The position numbers were made by a program, and so were the translations under genes. A DNA stretch of 64,000 nucleotides, taken from NCBI RefSeq assembly GCF_902713615.1, contig NC_052147.1, positions 116,242,552 through 116,306,551 of the forward strand, given 5' to 3'. The notes beneath the pieces are model-generated. The model saw only the letters and a program-made list of their open reading frames with translations, ran no database searches and was not told the origin of the DNA. Shown here in pieces: positions 12,101 through 24,965 of this stretch. This DNA is from Scyliorhinus canicula. Taxonomy: Eukaryota. How positions within the stretch are numbered: position 1 is the first letter of the stretch; each line of letters starts with the position of its first letter.

Positions 12101-15100
12101 AGATGCTAGAAATCTGAAATAAAAACAGAAAAGGCTGGAAATACTCAACAGATCAAAAAGGGTCTGTAGAGGGAGAAAGAGAGTTAACGTTTCCGATCAA
12201 CTACCTTTTATTGAGCTTTGGACGTTTTTCCTCCTAATGCACAAAAGACTTGCAGTTAAACGGCAGCTTATTATAATTAGTGTATTATTACACTTTATAA
12301 TAATAAAGCGGAATTGTTATTATAGATTATTATAATCGGTTTGCACACGGTGAGCCTGCGGGCCAATAAGATAACTATGTTTTACTTTTGGTGGTTGCTG
12401 ACTTAGGTGGGAAAGAAAATTCAGAAGTGCAACGGGCAACGTATTGACTATTGCACGTCCTGCTGACCAAGCTGAATTTTCACTCTGTGTGTTTCAGGGC
12501 TTGCAGTTAATATCATTTCAAGAAATGTTTTAAAATTCCAGAAAACCATACAGCTCATTGAACATGCCAATATCTTTGTCCTCGAATCCTATCTGAATCA
12601 TCTGTGAATTTGGGTTTAGGATTAGCTGTAGAGGGATAAATGGAAACATGAGGGAAGACTGAATTTCACAATAGCCTTTGGATAAACTGTCAATTGCAAT
12701 TTATTTCCCATTAATTTTCTTTTATTCTTCTTTATTCTTTCACGGGGTGTGGTTGGCAAGGCCAGCATTTGTGGCCCACTGAGTGGCTTGCGAGGCCATT
12801 TCAGAGTCACGTAGGCCAGATCAGGTAAGGACGGCAGATTCCGTTTCCTGAAGGGTATCAGTGAACTAGATGGGATTTTATGACAATCAATGATAGTTTC
12901 TTGGTAACTATCACTGATTTCTATTCCAGATTTATTCACTGAATTCAAATTCCATCAATTGCTGGGGTGGGATTTGAACCCATGTCCCCACAGTATTAAC
13001 CTGGGACTCGGATTACTACTCCAGTGACATTACCACCATGACACCACCCCCCCCCCCCCCCCCCCCCCCGAGTCAGTTAGCTTGGAGCATTTCACAATAT
13101 AGAGTCTAGCAACTGAGGGCTACACAAATTAGAATTTGAATGCGAATTATAAGCTTAATGCGTTTATCAAAACCATTTAACCTGGGAAAGTCCAAAGTTT
13201 CACCCTCGGATCAAGAAGCGTAGGCTGATTTTAGCAGAGTGACTTTAGGGTGCTTCAGTTGGCCTCAAGTGTTCCCGGGCAAGAGCATTTATGCTTCTGA
13301 TTTGTTACCCCAGCTAAAGTGCATACATGTGGATTGATGGGTCTGATTCACGTGGGAAATCCTCCATAGCTAAACAGGGTGATTGCATATGAATGGCATC
13401 GTTTGGATGTGGTGTCAAATGGTAGTTGTCAAGTGTGAAATACCTTAGAGGAAGAGTCTATTGCTTTTGGGGTGGGGGAGGGGTTTGCAGGAGGAAAGAT
13501 TTGGGGGGAAAAGTATCCTCTTCAGTTAAATTGAGAGGGTCCAGACAGCATAACAAACAGGAGACCATCTTAAATTGTTCTCCCTGGTTTGATTTCCAAC
13601 ATTATCCAACCTACCCCTTGCCACATCTCTTTGTTTCTTGATCTTCCCCATCGCTATTCCCTTTGATGACTACCTCTTTGTCATTCAATCTTTCCTGTCT
13701 TCCACCCTATCTCATACCTTCCTATTGTTCCACTCACCCCTTGTCCGAAACCCATCATATCTCTAACTTTTCCTAGTTTTGATGAAAGACCATCAATGAA
13801 TTTGGTTTTCTTTCTCCGCTGAGACTCCCTGACCTGCTGAAGGAGGCTATTCAGCTCATCGAGTCTGCACCCACCCTCCGAAACAGCGCCCTACCTAGGC
13901 TCACATCCCACCCTATCCACGTAACCTCCACATCTTTGGACACTAAGGGACAATTTAGCATGGCCAATCCACCTAACCTGCACATTTTTGGACTGTGGGA
14001 GGAAACCGAAGCACCCGGAGGAAACCCCACGCAGACACGGGGAGAAAATGCAAACCCCACACACACACACAGTCACCCGAGGTTAGAACTGAACCTGGGT
14101 CCCTGGTGCTGTGAGGCAGCAGTGCTAACCGATGTGCCACCGTGCTGTCCTATTTACAGCATTTTTTGTTTTTATTTCAGGCTCTCATCTGGAGCGTTCT
14201 GCTTTCCGATTATTAACCCACGTCTATTATAGAATCTAAACGGCACTCATTCGCTCTTAGTTGTTTGGGCTCGTACGATTGTAATGCTTCGAATGAATAA
14301 ATTGTTTCCACTGTCCCCCCCTCTTACGGTCCATCAGAAACGTCTGGTCACATCACAGCAGTTACTGAAAATCCATTCGTTAAGACTGAAGATAAAAAAC
14401 TGGCAGAGTTACGGGCTAAGGGCAGGGAGTGGGACTGGCTGAATTGGTCTTGGAAGGCCTGCAGAGACTCGATGGGCCAAATGACTTTCTTCTGTGCTGT
14501 TCCGTTCTATGACTATGTTTGTTCATTTGGTTGTCAGTAGGATTTGCTGATATTTCATGCCCAGCATTGGTTATGTGATAAGGTCCTCGCCTCAGAGCTG
14601 CCATCCAATGGACACCAAGCGCTGGTGCACAAAGATTTATGCCACTGGTATGGTTAGTCCCTGCTTTACCCTCAATGCAGCCACCTTATGGCCGAGAGGA
14701 GAGTTCCTTCACCAGGAAATTGGAAAGACCTGTTGGGCGGTCAAAAGTGTTCACACAAAAATAATATTGCATTCAAATGGCCATTTAATGCCTCATAATG
14801 TATCACGTATCGATTGACCACCTTTGATGACTAACTAGGTTTAGTGAATCAAAGGGTATAGGGCATAGATAGGAAAGTGGAGTTCAGGCCACAGTCATGG
14901 TCTTATTAAATAGAGGAGCAGGCTTGAGGCCTACTCTACCTAATTCATGTTGGTATGTATGTTTAAATAGCAGATGCGATGCTCCATGTTCTGTGCCTTC
15001 TCTGTGATGTGACCATCAATTCACAAGACACGTGATTGGAAGTGAACAGTGGTTTTAATAATCTTACAACAGAGCCTGCCTGTGACAAGATGAACTGGCA

Positions 15101-18100
15101 GCAGGCTCACGACTGTAGAGCTTTATACTTCCGGTTAGTGGGAGGAGCCGTGGGTGGAGCCACGGGTGGAGCCCAGTACAAACTCCTCATCTCCCCCTAT
15201 GGGCAGAGCCGCGCGACGGCTCGTATACAGAGCCCACAAGGACACAATACATGTAATACAACAGTGTGAATTACTAGGTTTATAATTCACCACACTCTGC
15301 GACGAGGTTTTCCAGCAAGAGAGATGTTGGAGGACACCACAAACTGACCTCAATGTGTTTTGAATGATGGGAGGGGTGAGAAGTGGGCAAAATTCCACAT
15401 GGAGTGCAAGACTGGATTCTGCTCTGATAATGACCTTGCAGTCAACTAACCTGCTGCTGACCACTGTCTAGACTCTCACGTTAGCATGAGTGAGGTATGT
15501 CCCCGTTGGGATAGTAACCCAGCAGGATTCAGTCACCGACAAAATAAAAAAACAAATATTTCACTTGAAAGTGAGAATTTTGATTTGTATAGTGCTTTTT
15601 TGCTTCCTCAGAATTTGCCAAAGTATATCGCAGCTGATTGATTATTTTTGACGAGTAGCCGCTGTTGTGATGTTGGCAAATGCATCAGCTGCTTTTCACA
15701 CCGCACAGCTGGGCCACAGAAATGTAAAACATGAAATATGTTTTATAACTACAAGCTGTTGTTGACTTACCCAGGTGGTTAACACCAAAGTGCATCTCAA
15801 ACCCATCGCTCGTCTTTGTGAAGGGGCACATCATCACGCCGGCATTGTTGATCAAAATGTTGACCAGTTTTTCCTCTGTCATTAAACAGGATTGGGAATT
15901 AGAAAATTACTCAGAAAATGGAAGCAGCCAATTGGGTTGGTTATTTTCTTTTTGATATGGTACCAAATTATCAGGGCACATACTTTCTACCCAGTTTCAC
16001 CTGGGCACTAGTACAAGATCCAAGTTCTGCAGATCCTGCAACTCTGAAATAAAGTCAGAAAACGCTGGAATAACACTGTGCAAACCTGAGTATGTCCCCC
16101 CCCCCCCCCCCCCCCCCCACCCAAAAAAGGGGCTACCTCATCTTTGCATCACCCGGAGGGATCCCCTCGACTGAATATTGTCTTTCAACATCTGTTGTAA
16201 ACCTAGTCAACTTGATCATAAAATCATAGAATTTACAGTGCAGAAGGAGACCATTCGGCCCATCGAGTCTGCACCAGCCCTTGGAAAGAGCACCCCACTT
16301 ATGCCCATGCCTCCACCCTATGCCCATAACATCACCCGACGTTTTTTGGACACTAAGGACAATTTATCATGGCCAATCCACTTTATCTGCATATCTTTGG
16401 ACTGTGGTAAGAAACCGGAGCTCCCGGAGGAATCCCACGCAGACACGGGGAGAACGTGCAGACTCCACACAGACAGTGACCCAGCGGGGAATCGAACCGG
16501 AGACCCTGGAGCTGTGAAGCAAATGTGATGCCCGTGCTGCCCTGTCACGTTGGCGAAGTTTGGATATTCAATGAGGGGGCGATCATGTCCGGGGTGGGGG
16601 GAGGGAGAGAAGAGGAGCTGGCTAATATTAACATTAATTGAAATCCATAAAAATGCAGTTCTTGTCCTTTGTGGGTGTGAACCTCGTAACGTCACCCACG
16701 AGGGGCAAGGAAAAAAATAAATTTTAAAAATCAGGAAATAGCTCTCTTGAGAATCGATTCTCTCTGGATTTTCTACTCGTGTCTTGTTTTCTCTGAAAAT
16801 CTGCCCTATTAACTCTTTAATATGCATTTGAACAAATCAGTATCAATTCCTCTCTCAGGTCAGAGCCTGTTCCATAGATTCACCACTTGTTCACTGGATA
16901 TGGGGCAGGATTCTCTGGTTCCCTACCGCGTGTCTCTCGGCGGTGTGCTGTTCACTGCCGGCGGGATTCTATCTTCCCATCGCTTGTCAATGGGATTTCC
17001 CATTGTAAGCCCCCCACGCCACCAGGAGCCCCATTGGCGGGGTTGCGCTGCCAGCAGGAAAAGTTAATCGCCATGACCGGAGAATTCTGGCCATGGTTTC
17101 CGTAGATTAATTGTGAGCTTATCCTCTTTAAATATTGGCCAAATCGTTTGCTCCTCCAAATCTTCCTTCCACCTTTCTGCAGCACTGCTGCCAAGGCAAG
17201 GAGTTTAGTGGAACAGACAGTTGATTACCAGTTTATTAGTCTTGTGTTCTACCTTTCCCTGGCTGTGTCAAATTGTACCAATGATTCAAACGTTGGGTTA
17301 AACAATGTCCAGGTTCTCAGGATTTATTTAATTGCAGCCAGTACTGCTTCATTCATTGTACTGTGTACAACACCCTAACTATCACAGTAAAAATCCCCCC
17401 ACCCCCACAAAAAGACAAAAACATTAAAGAACTCAAAGAATCGGATTGCATTTACATTTTTATTTGAAGCGAGCAGCATTAAATTTTGATCTAACTATGG
17501 TATCAGTTTAAACTTGCGGACATGAACCCACACATATTCATCTCACCCTGGTCTTCCTGCTGCGACCTTTATTTTGTTATTTCATGCGATGTGGGTGTTG
17601 CTGACCATCCCATCTGAGCCCTTGACTCCTGACCTTTTGATTTCAGGAGTCAGGGTGCGGCACGGTGGCGCAGTGGTTAACATTGCTGCCTACGGCGTTG
17701 AGGACCTGGATTTGATCCCGGCCTCAGGTCACTGTCCATGTGGAGTTTGCACATTCTCCCCGTGTCTGCGTGGGTTTCATCCCAACGACCCAAAGATGTG
17801 CAGCGTAGGTGAATTGGCCATGCTAAATTGCCCCTGAATTGGAAAAAAATATTTTGGTACCCTAAATTTTTTTTTTTTTTTTCCAGAAGTTTCTTTTAAT
17901 TCAATCGTTCGAATTAAGTAAAATTGAACAACACAAAATGTGAATTCAGTGCCGAGAATGTGTTGGAGTTGGCAAGCTGAATTCAGCAACTATTGAGTTA
18001 AGAGGGTGCACTGTGCTTTGGGGACTGGGCTGAAGGCTTCTGCCTTGAATTCTTCTTTGTTTGTTTAGCAGGAAATTTGAACAAAATGTATTGCTGTTTA

Positions 18101-21100
18101 ATTTAACTTTCTTTATCCACTTGTATTCAACACATCTGCCTTCTGTTTGTGCGGCAGTAGGAGACATTTGATTGAGCAGTCTTGAGTGACTCGAGCTCTG
18201 AAAAGACCTCTCGACCAATAACCTGACCATCACCACAACCATTGTTAGTATTTCAAAATGGAGTATGACAATCTCGGAAATGCTGTTTTATTGGCTGTAC
18301 ATTTACAAAAGTACAGAAAATTGCATATCATCTGCACAAAAACAGGCCATTCAACCCAATCGTGAGGCCCGTCCCACCCAGCTCCACCTCACTCTATGAA
18401 CATAGACTTCTATTCCTTTCGTCCCCGTACGTTTATCTGCCTTTGCCTCAACCTATCAGTGATAGCGAGTTCCACAGTCTCACCATTCTTTGAATGAAGC
18501 GTTTTCTCTGGAACTCTCTCTCTCCCCCTCTTCAGCCACCATGTCCGAACAGGGGTGTTGGCAACTGAGGACTCTGCTCCATGATTATTCTTGGCAAAGT
18601 ACCACAGTGATTTGCAGTTACCTTCTGCACTATAGCTGACCAGGAGACACTCCCACTCTTAACCCCGGCCCCTAGGCGGATCGGAAGGATTCAAAAGCTG
18701 ATGATCAACCTGCTTGGCCACATTATGAATGTGAAACACCCCTACCAGACTTATTAACGACCAAACTCATACTTATGACTCCTGGTTTTGGTCTCCCCAC
18801 AGGAGAAAACATCGACCCTATCAAACCCAATTTCATTATTTTCAAGATCTCTAAAAGGTCACCCCAGGGTCTTCCCATTTTGAGAGAGAACCACCCGTCA
18901 TTCTTTCCTAATTGGTATAAAAGCTCTGTTCCAATTTCATTCTGGTTCCCCCTCTCCAGCGCTTCTGCATCATTTTTATAACACGGAGAACTATTCACTG
19001 GACTCCAAGTGTAACTTCCTCGAGGAAACATCGATGTAATCCATCTCGACCCAGGGTCTTATCCACTCTGTTTAATAACCATCTGCGTTTTCTATAGATC
19101 TTTATAACCATCTGCATTTTCTATAGATCTTTATTTTTTTTTCTTTTTCTAGTGCTGTGAACCTTAGTAGTCTTCCTGGTAAATACCTTTCAATATTTCT
19201 GCCATTTTACTGTCACTAAAATACAATTTATTTTGTGCATCCCTGAGCCTATTCTGATTTTTCATTTGTCAACAAGATACTTGTGGTGAATGTAATATAT
19301 ATATATATAAAATAATTCACACTGTCTTTGTAAGCGCAGTAGTGCTATCCTACCACTAGGGGGAGTAGCTCTGGCAGTACTCAGGAACTTGTACTGGGCT
19401 CCACCCTTGGCTCCGCCCATGACTCCTCCCCCTAGTGCCGCTGTATAAATACCCTTGTCCAGAGTCAGCCTGAGTTTACTAAGAGTTCATCAACGGGTAA
19501 CAGGCAGCCTCTGAAGTAAGTCGATTAAAGCCTAGATTCATATCGGAAACACGCGTCTGGTGAATTGATGGTTCCATCAATACTTAATAATCTTTATTAG
19601 TGTCACAAGTAGGCTTACATTAACACTGCAACGAAGTTACTGTGAAAATCCCCGAGTCGCCACACTCCGGCACCTGTTCGGATACACTGAGGGAGAATTC
19701 AGAATGTCCAATCCACCCAGCAAACATGTCTTTCGGGACTTGTGGTCGTTTCCTTCCACCCGGAGGAAATCCACACAGACATGGGGAGAACGTGCAGATT
19801 CCGCAAGACAGTGACCCAAGCTGGGAATTGAACCCGGGTTCCTGGCGCTGTGAATCAACAGTGCTAACCACTGTGCTACTGTGCTGCCGTTCACTATTTC
19901 TTTGCTAAGTTAAGGAATCTAAACTGAATAAATAAATATGCTGCAAAGGGAAAGAAAATATTACTTGTCTTGCTTGCTGAGTTACCTTTGAGGACATTGT
20001 CAGCAAATTGGGATATAGACTTCTTGCTGGCAAGATCCAACTCCCGAACAACGATTTGTTTATTTCCAGTTTCTTCACGAATCTCCTGGGCTGCCGCCTC
20101 GGCCTTTGTCAAATCTCTACAGGCCAAGATTACCCGAGCCCCTGTGAAGAACCACACTGACATTACTTCCTGTTTTAGTTCCAATGTTGGTGATTAAAAA
20201 TACCATCATACATTGACCGAATATTCGGAGCGAATGGTTTACTGCTGCTCTGTATTTCTGTAAGGGCTGAGTTTGGTTGTGAACTGTAGATGGTTGACTG
20301 TACTTTGTGTGACTTGGCTGGATAGGTCAGTTTAGCTCAGTTGGCTGGATGGTTGGTTCATGGTGCAGAGCAATGCCAGCAGCACGGGTTCAATTGTTGG
20401 GATCAGTTGTTTTATTTGTATCGTTATCTCAATTCAGCTCCAGTCACCCTGATGATTTTTCAATAAACCAATTATCCACTTCTCTATGGGAGATTATACA
20501 TGGGGCTTTGTTTAAGGTACTACAGGTGTTCTGTAAACTGATGGAAGATGCCCTATTGCACCATACACATACCTCTCTACATACGTAAGATTAGAACTTG
20601 GTTTCATCTCATTTAATAAAGGCTTGAGCTTCCTATGAACTTGTGAATTGGCTTGTGGATTTGTTCAGTAGCTAGACTTAACAAAACCGTTAAAGTTGTT
20701 CATTCTCAGACTGCTGCAGGGTTTACAATTTAGCCGAATGTGCTGCGTACAGGATGTGATTTCAGCCTGCTTGATTCAGCCAAGGTAGTCTTGGGACAGG
20801 AGACAGGAAATCTAACCAACTCAAAATTCAATGTTTAACAGGAAACCGTTTCATTTCGCGTTCACAATAACACTCTTCGAACCATAATGAATCATCAATT
20901 TTTTAAAAAATAAATAAATTTAGAGTACCCAATTATTTTTTCCAATTAAGGGGCAATTTAGCGTGGCCTATCCTGCACATCTTTGGGTTGTGGGGGTGAA
21001 ACACGGACAGTGACCCAGGGCCGGGATTCGAACCCAGGTCCTCAGCGCCGTAGGCAGCAATGCTAACCACTGTGCCGCCCTATGAATCATCAAATTTAAA

Positions 21101-24100
21101 AGGGCCAGCAGCATTCTGCCTATAAAAATCTCCAGCTTGCCTTCACATTTCCTCAGAGAATGAGGACAGAGGATTTGAGGATTGTTACCAGGGGGGAGAA
21201 ACAGGGTCGTTGTGTCTGCTTCTCAGCTGGACCAATGCCGCTGAGAGAAATTGAACGTGCCAAGTTTTGGTTGAACACAATTTCAGTTGCGATCGCGTTT
21301 GGTGTCACATCCAAATACTCTCATCACTGTTGAGATAATTGCCCAGAAATATCTCACCTCTCCAGGCCAGTGCCCGTGCGGTCTCTTTTCCAATTCCAGT
21401 GTTAGCCCCTGTAATCAAGACCGTTTTCCCATCTAGTCTTGTGTTGGATGTACACACACCACCACCCGCGCATCTCCTGTGAAACAGATTGGAAAGCATG
21501 ACAATTTTTCCTTCACTCGAGTGCAGTCGCTAAAAATATAGAAATGTCAATTCAACATCTTTCATCCCATCTGTCCTGCGTCTACCCGCTTCACAGCTCC
21601 AGGGTCCCAGGTTCGATTCCGGCTTGGGTCACTGTCTGTGCGGAGTCTGCACATCCTCCCTGTGTGTGTGTGGGTTTCCTCCGGGTGCTCCGATTTCCTC
21701 CCACAGTCCAAAGATGTGCAGGTTAGGTGGATTGGCCATGATAAATTGCCCTTAGTGTCCAAAATTGCCCTTAGTGTTGGGTGGGTTTACTGGGTTATGG
21801 GGATAGAGTGGGGGTGTTGACCTTGGGTAGGGTGCTTTTTCTAAGAGCCGGTGCAGACTCGATGGGCCGAATGGCCTCCTTCTGCACTGTAAATTCTATG
21901 AAACATGTCCTCCTGAAATCTGCAAACAAGTCTATTATGTGGTGCTTAATCAAACGGCTGTTGAAAGTCCACACACACATTACCCTTGTCAGTCCTCTCC
22001 ATTACTTCACCAAAGAACTTCATTCGGCTAGTCAAGAATGATTTGCCTTTAACAAATCTGTGCTGGCTTTCCTGCTTAATCCTTACTTTCCCAAATTACA
22101 ATGAATTTCTTACTGGATAAATGGGGGGAAATTGGGCTCTGTAATGCCAGTGTGTTTTTTTTTGGGAATGTTTATCAGTCTCCCAAAGAGCCAGGTAAAA
22201 GAATGATGAAGTAGAATATTGCTGAAAAGAGGCACATGTTGCTGAAACTTAACATCTTGCACTCACTGGGACAAACACAAAAATGTCAAATTTCAAAACA
22301 ATCACATATAACAGGAGAAAAAGGCGCTGACTAAATGGCAAGTTGACTCTGATTGGCGGAAGCATTTCCATTAGCCAATAGAATCAAACATTGTGTTCCT
22401 CTGGTTGGTCATAATAGCCAGAGTACATACAGACCGTATTCAAACAGCCCACACTCACAAAACATAACATCTTCTGTTAAATATGATTCTGCAATTGACA
22501 GCACTTACTGAACAATCATGAGTGCGGCAATAACTCCACTGACAACCAATTTAGGATAATCAGTCGAGATCGTAATGTGGTTCATTTACACTCGCTAGAA
22601 GCGACATACACTCACTCAGGGACACAGTCACTGCTAACAAAATGAATATGTTCAAGTCCTGTACCTTTTTTGAATTTCCAGGAAACTTGAAGAGACAATA
22701 GTTCCCCATGACTTTCTCCATGACAACACCTTGGCCAGTGAGAGTTGATTTGTCAACCAATCATCACCGTTTTCTCCTGTGGTATAAATTGTGAATGTTT
22801 GAAATTTGGCATTCTTGTGTTTGTCCTGGTGAGTGTAAGATGTAAAGCTTCAGTAACATTGCTCTCCTTTCAGCAAGTTCTGTACTCACAAGTGAATGTT
22901 TGGATCATGAATTACTTAAAGGTTATGTGCTGGATTATTTTGTAGCTCCTATTGCACTTCTTTATATCTTAGGAGCTTTCCTAAGAAAGTTTGAATAGTC
23001 TACAAGAGGTGCTCTGGCTAGTGTTGAAGTAATTTTGAAAAAGCTTGTACTGGAAACAAGTTGCTTCCAGAAATGGATGGCCTGGCTTGGAATAGAGCAT
23101 GATGGGGGGATTGAATCGAGGTCACGTGTAGCAGGACAAGCTGCTGGAAGGGGGGGGGGGGGGGGGGGGGGGAGGAGAGAAGGGCTCTCGGCACTCAGAA
23201 AGGTTTTACCTGAATGTCAACAAAGATCAACATGTGAAATTACTGCACCTCACGAAAGAGGTTACGGCTGAAATTTGTCAACTTCTGCAGCCACACTTGT
23301 AACCTTGAAGGCAACAATCACATTGCCTGTGGTTGTCAAGGTGACCGTGGCTCTGAACATTGTACATCAAGTCCTTTCTAGGTTTCTTCCCAGGTTAGGG
23401 GTGGCATGGTAGCACAGTGGTTAGCACTGCTGCCTCACAGCACAGGGATCCGGGTTCGGTTCCGCCCTTGGGTGACTGTCTATGAAGAGTCTGCACGTTC
23501 CCCCAGTGTCTGCATGGATTTCCCCCGTGTGCTCCGGTTTTCTCCCACAATCCAAAGATGGGCAGGTTAGGTGGATTGGCCATGCTAAATTACCCCTTAG
23601 TGTCCTGATGTGCTGGTTAGATGGGATGGGGGTAGGGGGAAGTGGGCCTGGTTAGAGTGTTCTTTCGGAGGGTCGGAACAGACTCATTGGGCCGAGTCTT
23701 CATCTGCACTGTAGGGATTCTATGGTTGCTACTGCAGAAACAAGCACCGTCTCACAGCCCTGCAGTGCTACAGGAGGGAGATCGCTGAGGCAGTAAATGC
23801 TAACCTTGACAGCGATGCCCACATCCCATGAATTAAAAAAAATTGTGTTTGAGAATGGTTTGTACAGCAATACAAACTGTGATTTATACTGTAGCTTGTT
23901 CAGGTGTGTTACAGAATAAACAGTAAGAATTTCCCAAGCTGCATATTAAAATAATGCACTCAAAAAGTTGCCCCAAACCAAAGCCAAGATTGCAAATACA
24001 TCCTAGCTGCATAAAAGGATGTGACAGCCAAGTTAAAATGTTGCTACTATTGAAATATGAAAAATATCCGACTTTATTATTGCTAGCAGGCTTTCAGGAT

Positions 24101-24965
24101 TTTTTTTTACAGGTTATTACAAAAATCTCCATTGCAGTTTCTCTCCCCTCCCTCCCCCCAGGACTTGGATTATATAAAGTCTTCCACAACCCAAGTGTCT
24201 GGATAGTCGAAATAGTTTGATCCGATGTGGGAGGGACGTGCAGTGACTGAACATCAGCTGAAACACCACGTAGCCAATGCAAATAGAGGAGAGCTGGAAT
24301 CCCTCCCTAAAACTTATGATCTGATCAATGACACCAACCTTTGTCGTGTTGCACGTTGTTCTGGGCTGTGTTTCTTTGTAATGTCCTCTACTAACCCAAT
24401 TGTTCTTCAAACACATAGGCGTTTCGCCCCCCCCCCCCCCCCCCCCCCCAAATCTTATTTGACAAAATAAATTTATTTGAGGCAGTGTTATGTTGGTGTG
24501 ATTTACTTCATTGCAGCAAACGCTCAGACGGAGAGAGAAAAATATATGGTTAAAGCACACCAGCAAATTTTACTTGAATATTTATATGCATGCGAAAAAT
24601 TATCCAAAGTATATCAATGTATACTTTTAAAAAACTACAAGCACCCCATTACTTCTTATTCATAAGTCAATCTTGGGTAGGATTTTGTGAAATTAATTTT
24701 TGCATCAAATATTATTTTAATGTAATTTAAAACGTAACTGAACTTCCAAACAAATAATATTTATAGGGTCGGAAAGCACCAGGAGCAACATTGGTAAGTA
24801 TAAGCAGATTGCAACATTAAATACAATTTACATTAATTTTTCCACAACAAGCAGGTTTTAGAATTGTTACGGGGAAAGGGATACTAACCTGATATATGGG
24901 GCAAATGCTGCCAAAAGAAGAGCAGCGAATGCACAAATCCCAATAATGGTGAATAAGACTGGCAT
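6067..24965 (-). CDS. RDH12: Retinol dehydrogenase 12-like (RDH11/12-type SDR), 7 coding exons, 319 aa
   Basis: Exons 24889-24965, 21358-21476, 19986-20141, 15771-15875, 10825-11034, 9298-9487, 6067-6169 (77+119+156+105+210+190+103=960 nt), all GT-AG and in phase. Hydrophobic N-anchor [43 protein letters not shown], catalytic YCQSK, C-terminus [14 protein letters not shown]. Adjacent to VTI1B/ARG2 as in other vertebrates. RDH12 versus RDH11 naming rests on orientation and is less certain than the family call. Confidence 0.92.
6640..8787 (+). mobile_element. Fragmented CR1 LINE ORF2 with nested SINEs (6803-7119 minus, 7711-7913 plus) and an LTR fragment
   Basis: [56 protein letters not shown]; SINE at 7711 flanked by TSD AAAGGAAGCATG. 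Confidence 0.85.
9298..9487 (-). CDS. RDH12: RDH12 coding exon 6
   Basis: [21 protein letters not shown]...[27 protein letters not shown]; 190 nt, tag/gtttgt; not in the ORF track. Confidence 0.93.
9549..9905 (+). mobile_element. Short fold-back element, probably non-autonomous Penelope-like (family 2)
   Basis: Inverted arms about 9550-9605 and 9808-9862; 3' tail GTTCTGTACT shared with the 22219 copy. Confidence 0.6.
10825..11034 (-). CDS. RDH12: RDH12 coding exon 5
   Basis: [25 protein letters not shown]...[21 protein letters not shown]; 210 nt, cag/gtaaga. Confidence 0.95.
11390..12065 (+). mobile_element. CR1 3' fragment interrupted by an HE1-like SINE (11461-11763, minus)
   Basis: GLDRVDRE / [18 protein letters not shown] split by the SINE. 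Confidence 0.7.
12097..12216 (-). mobile_element. Penelope-like pseudo-LTR remnant (family 3); related pieces at 13640-13840/14150-14180 and 16027-16075
   Basis: GCAGATGCTAGAAATCTGAAATAAAAACAGAAAAGGCTGGAAATACTC..GTTAACGTTTC; degenerate hammerhead-like end GAAACGTTA on the minus strand; family call from memory. Confidence 0.5.
12730..13046 (-). mobile_element. Third tRNA-derived SINE family (also 5160-5310, 6322-6476, 9030-9268, 31150-31470, 33614-33810, 51510-52198)
   Basis: Shared TGTCACTGGA(C)TAGTAATCC(A)GAG..GGGTTCAAATCCC..TTTGAATTCA..CCCATCT(G)GTTCACT among the copies. Confidence 0.8.
15005..15294 (-). mobile_element. Solo LTR, 290 bp
   Basis: TG...CA ends, 5-bp TSD CTCTG (15000-15004, 15295-15299); termini homologous to 19282-19579. 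Confidence 0.85.
15771..15875 (-). CDS. RDH12: RDH12 coding exon 4
   Basis: [34 protein letters not shown]; 105 nt, cag/gtaagt. Confidence 0.95.
16216..16541 (-). mobile_element. HE1-like tRNA-derived SINE with CR1-type tail (representative; similar copies near 3617, 6803, 11461, 13841, 21586, 23398, 26181, 33811, 42855, 46338, 47094, 51791, 57931, 61730)
   Basis: Box B GGTTCGATTCC, core GTGTCTGCGTGGG..TCCTCCGG..GGTTTC..CCACAGTCCAAAGA, tail GCAGACTCGATGGGCCGAATGG..CTTCTGCACTGTAAATTCTATG. Confidence 0.9.
16902..17092. mobile_element. GC-rich MITE (Harbinger-like TIRs); similar element about 33195-33383
   Basis: GGGCAGGATTCTC ... GAGAATTCTGGCC imperfect terminal inverted repeats with internal symmetry. 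Confidence 0.55.
19282..19579 (+). mobile_element. Solo LTR, 298 bp
   Basis: TGTGGTGAAT...GGTTCCATCA, TSD ATACT (19277-19281, 19580-19584), internal TATAAA then ATTAAA. Confidence 0.88.
19590..19889 (-). mobile_element. HE1-headed SINE with an alternative tail (also 59806-60100, plus)
   Basis: HE1-like head and core followed by GCCGGA(G/A)TGTGGCGACT..TTTTCACAGTAACTTC..GCCTACTTGTGACA. Confidence 0.8.
19986..20141 (-). CDS. RDH12: RDH12 coding exon 3
   Basis: [51 protein letters not shown]; 156 nt, cag/gtaac. Confidence 0.95.
21358..21476 (-). CDS. RDH12: RDH12 coding exon 2
   Basis: cag|[41 protein letters not shown]|gtgaga; 119 nt. Confidence 0.95.
22219..22886 (+). mobile_element. Fold-back element, family 2 (longer copy)
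   Basis: Inverted arms about 22219-22370 and 22715-22876 plus tail GTTCTGTACT. Confidence 0.6.
23180..23790 (+). mobile_element. PIF/Harbinger transposase fossil interrupted by an HE1-like SINE (23398-23724)
   Basis: [19 protein letters not shown] and [12 protein letters not shown] resemble the N-terminal part of Harbinger/HARBI1 transposases; stops and frameshifts. Confidence 0.6.
24889..24965 (-). CDS. RDH12: RDH12 coding exon 1
   Basis: ATG at 24965, [25 protein letters not shown](R), donor AG|GTTAGT; phase 2 fits exon 2. Confidence 0.88.
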
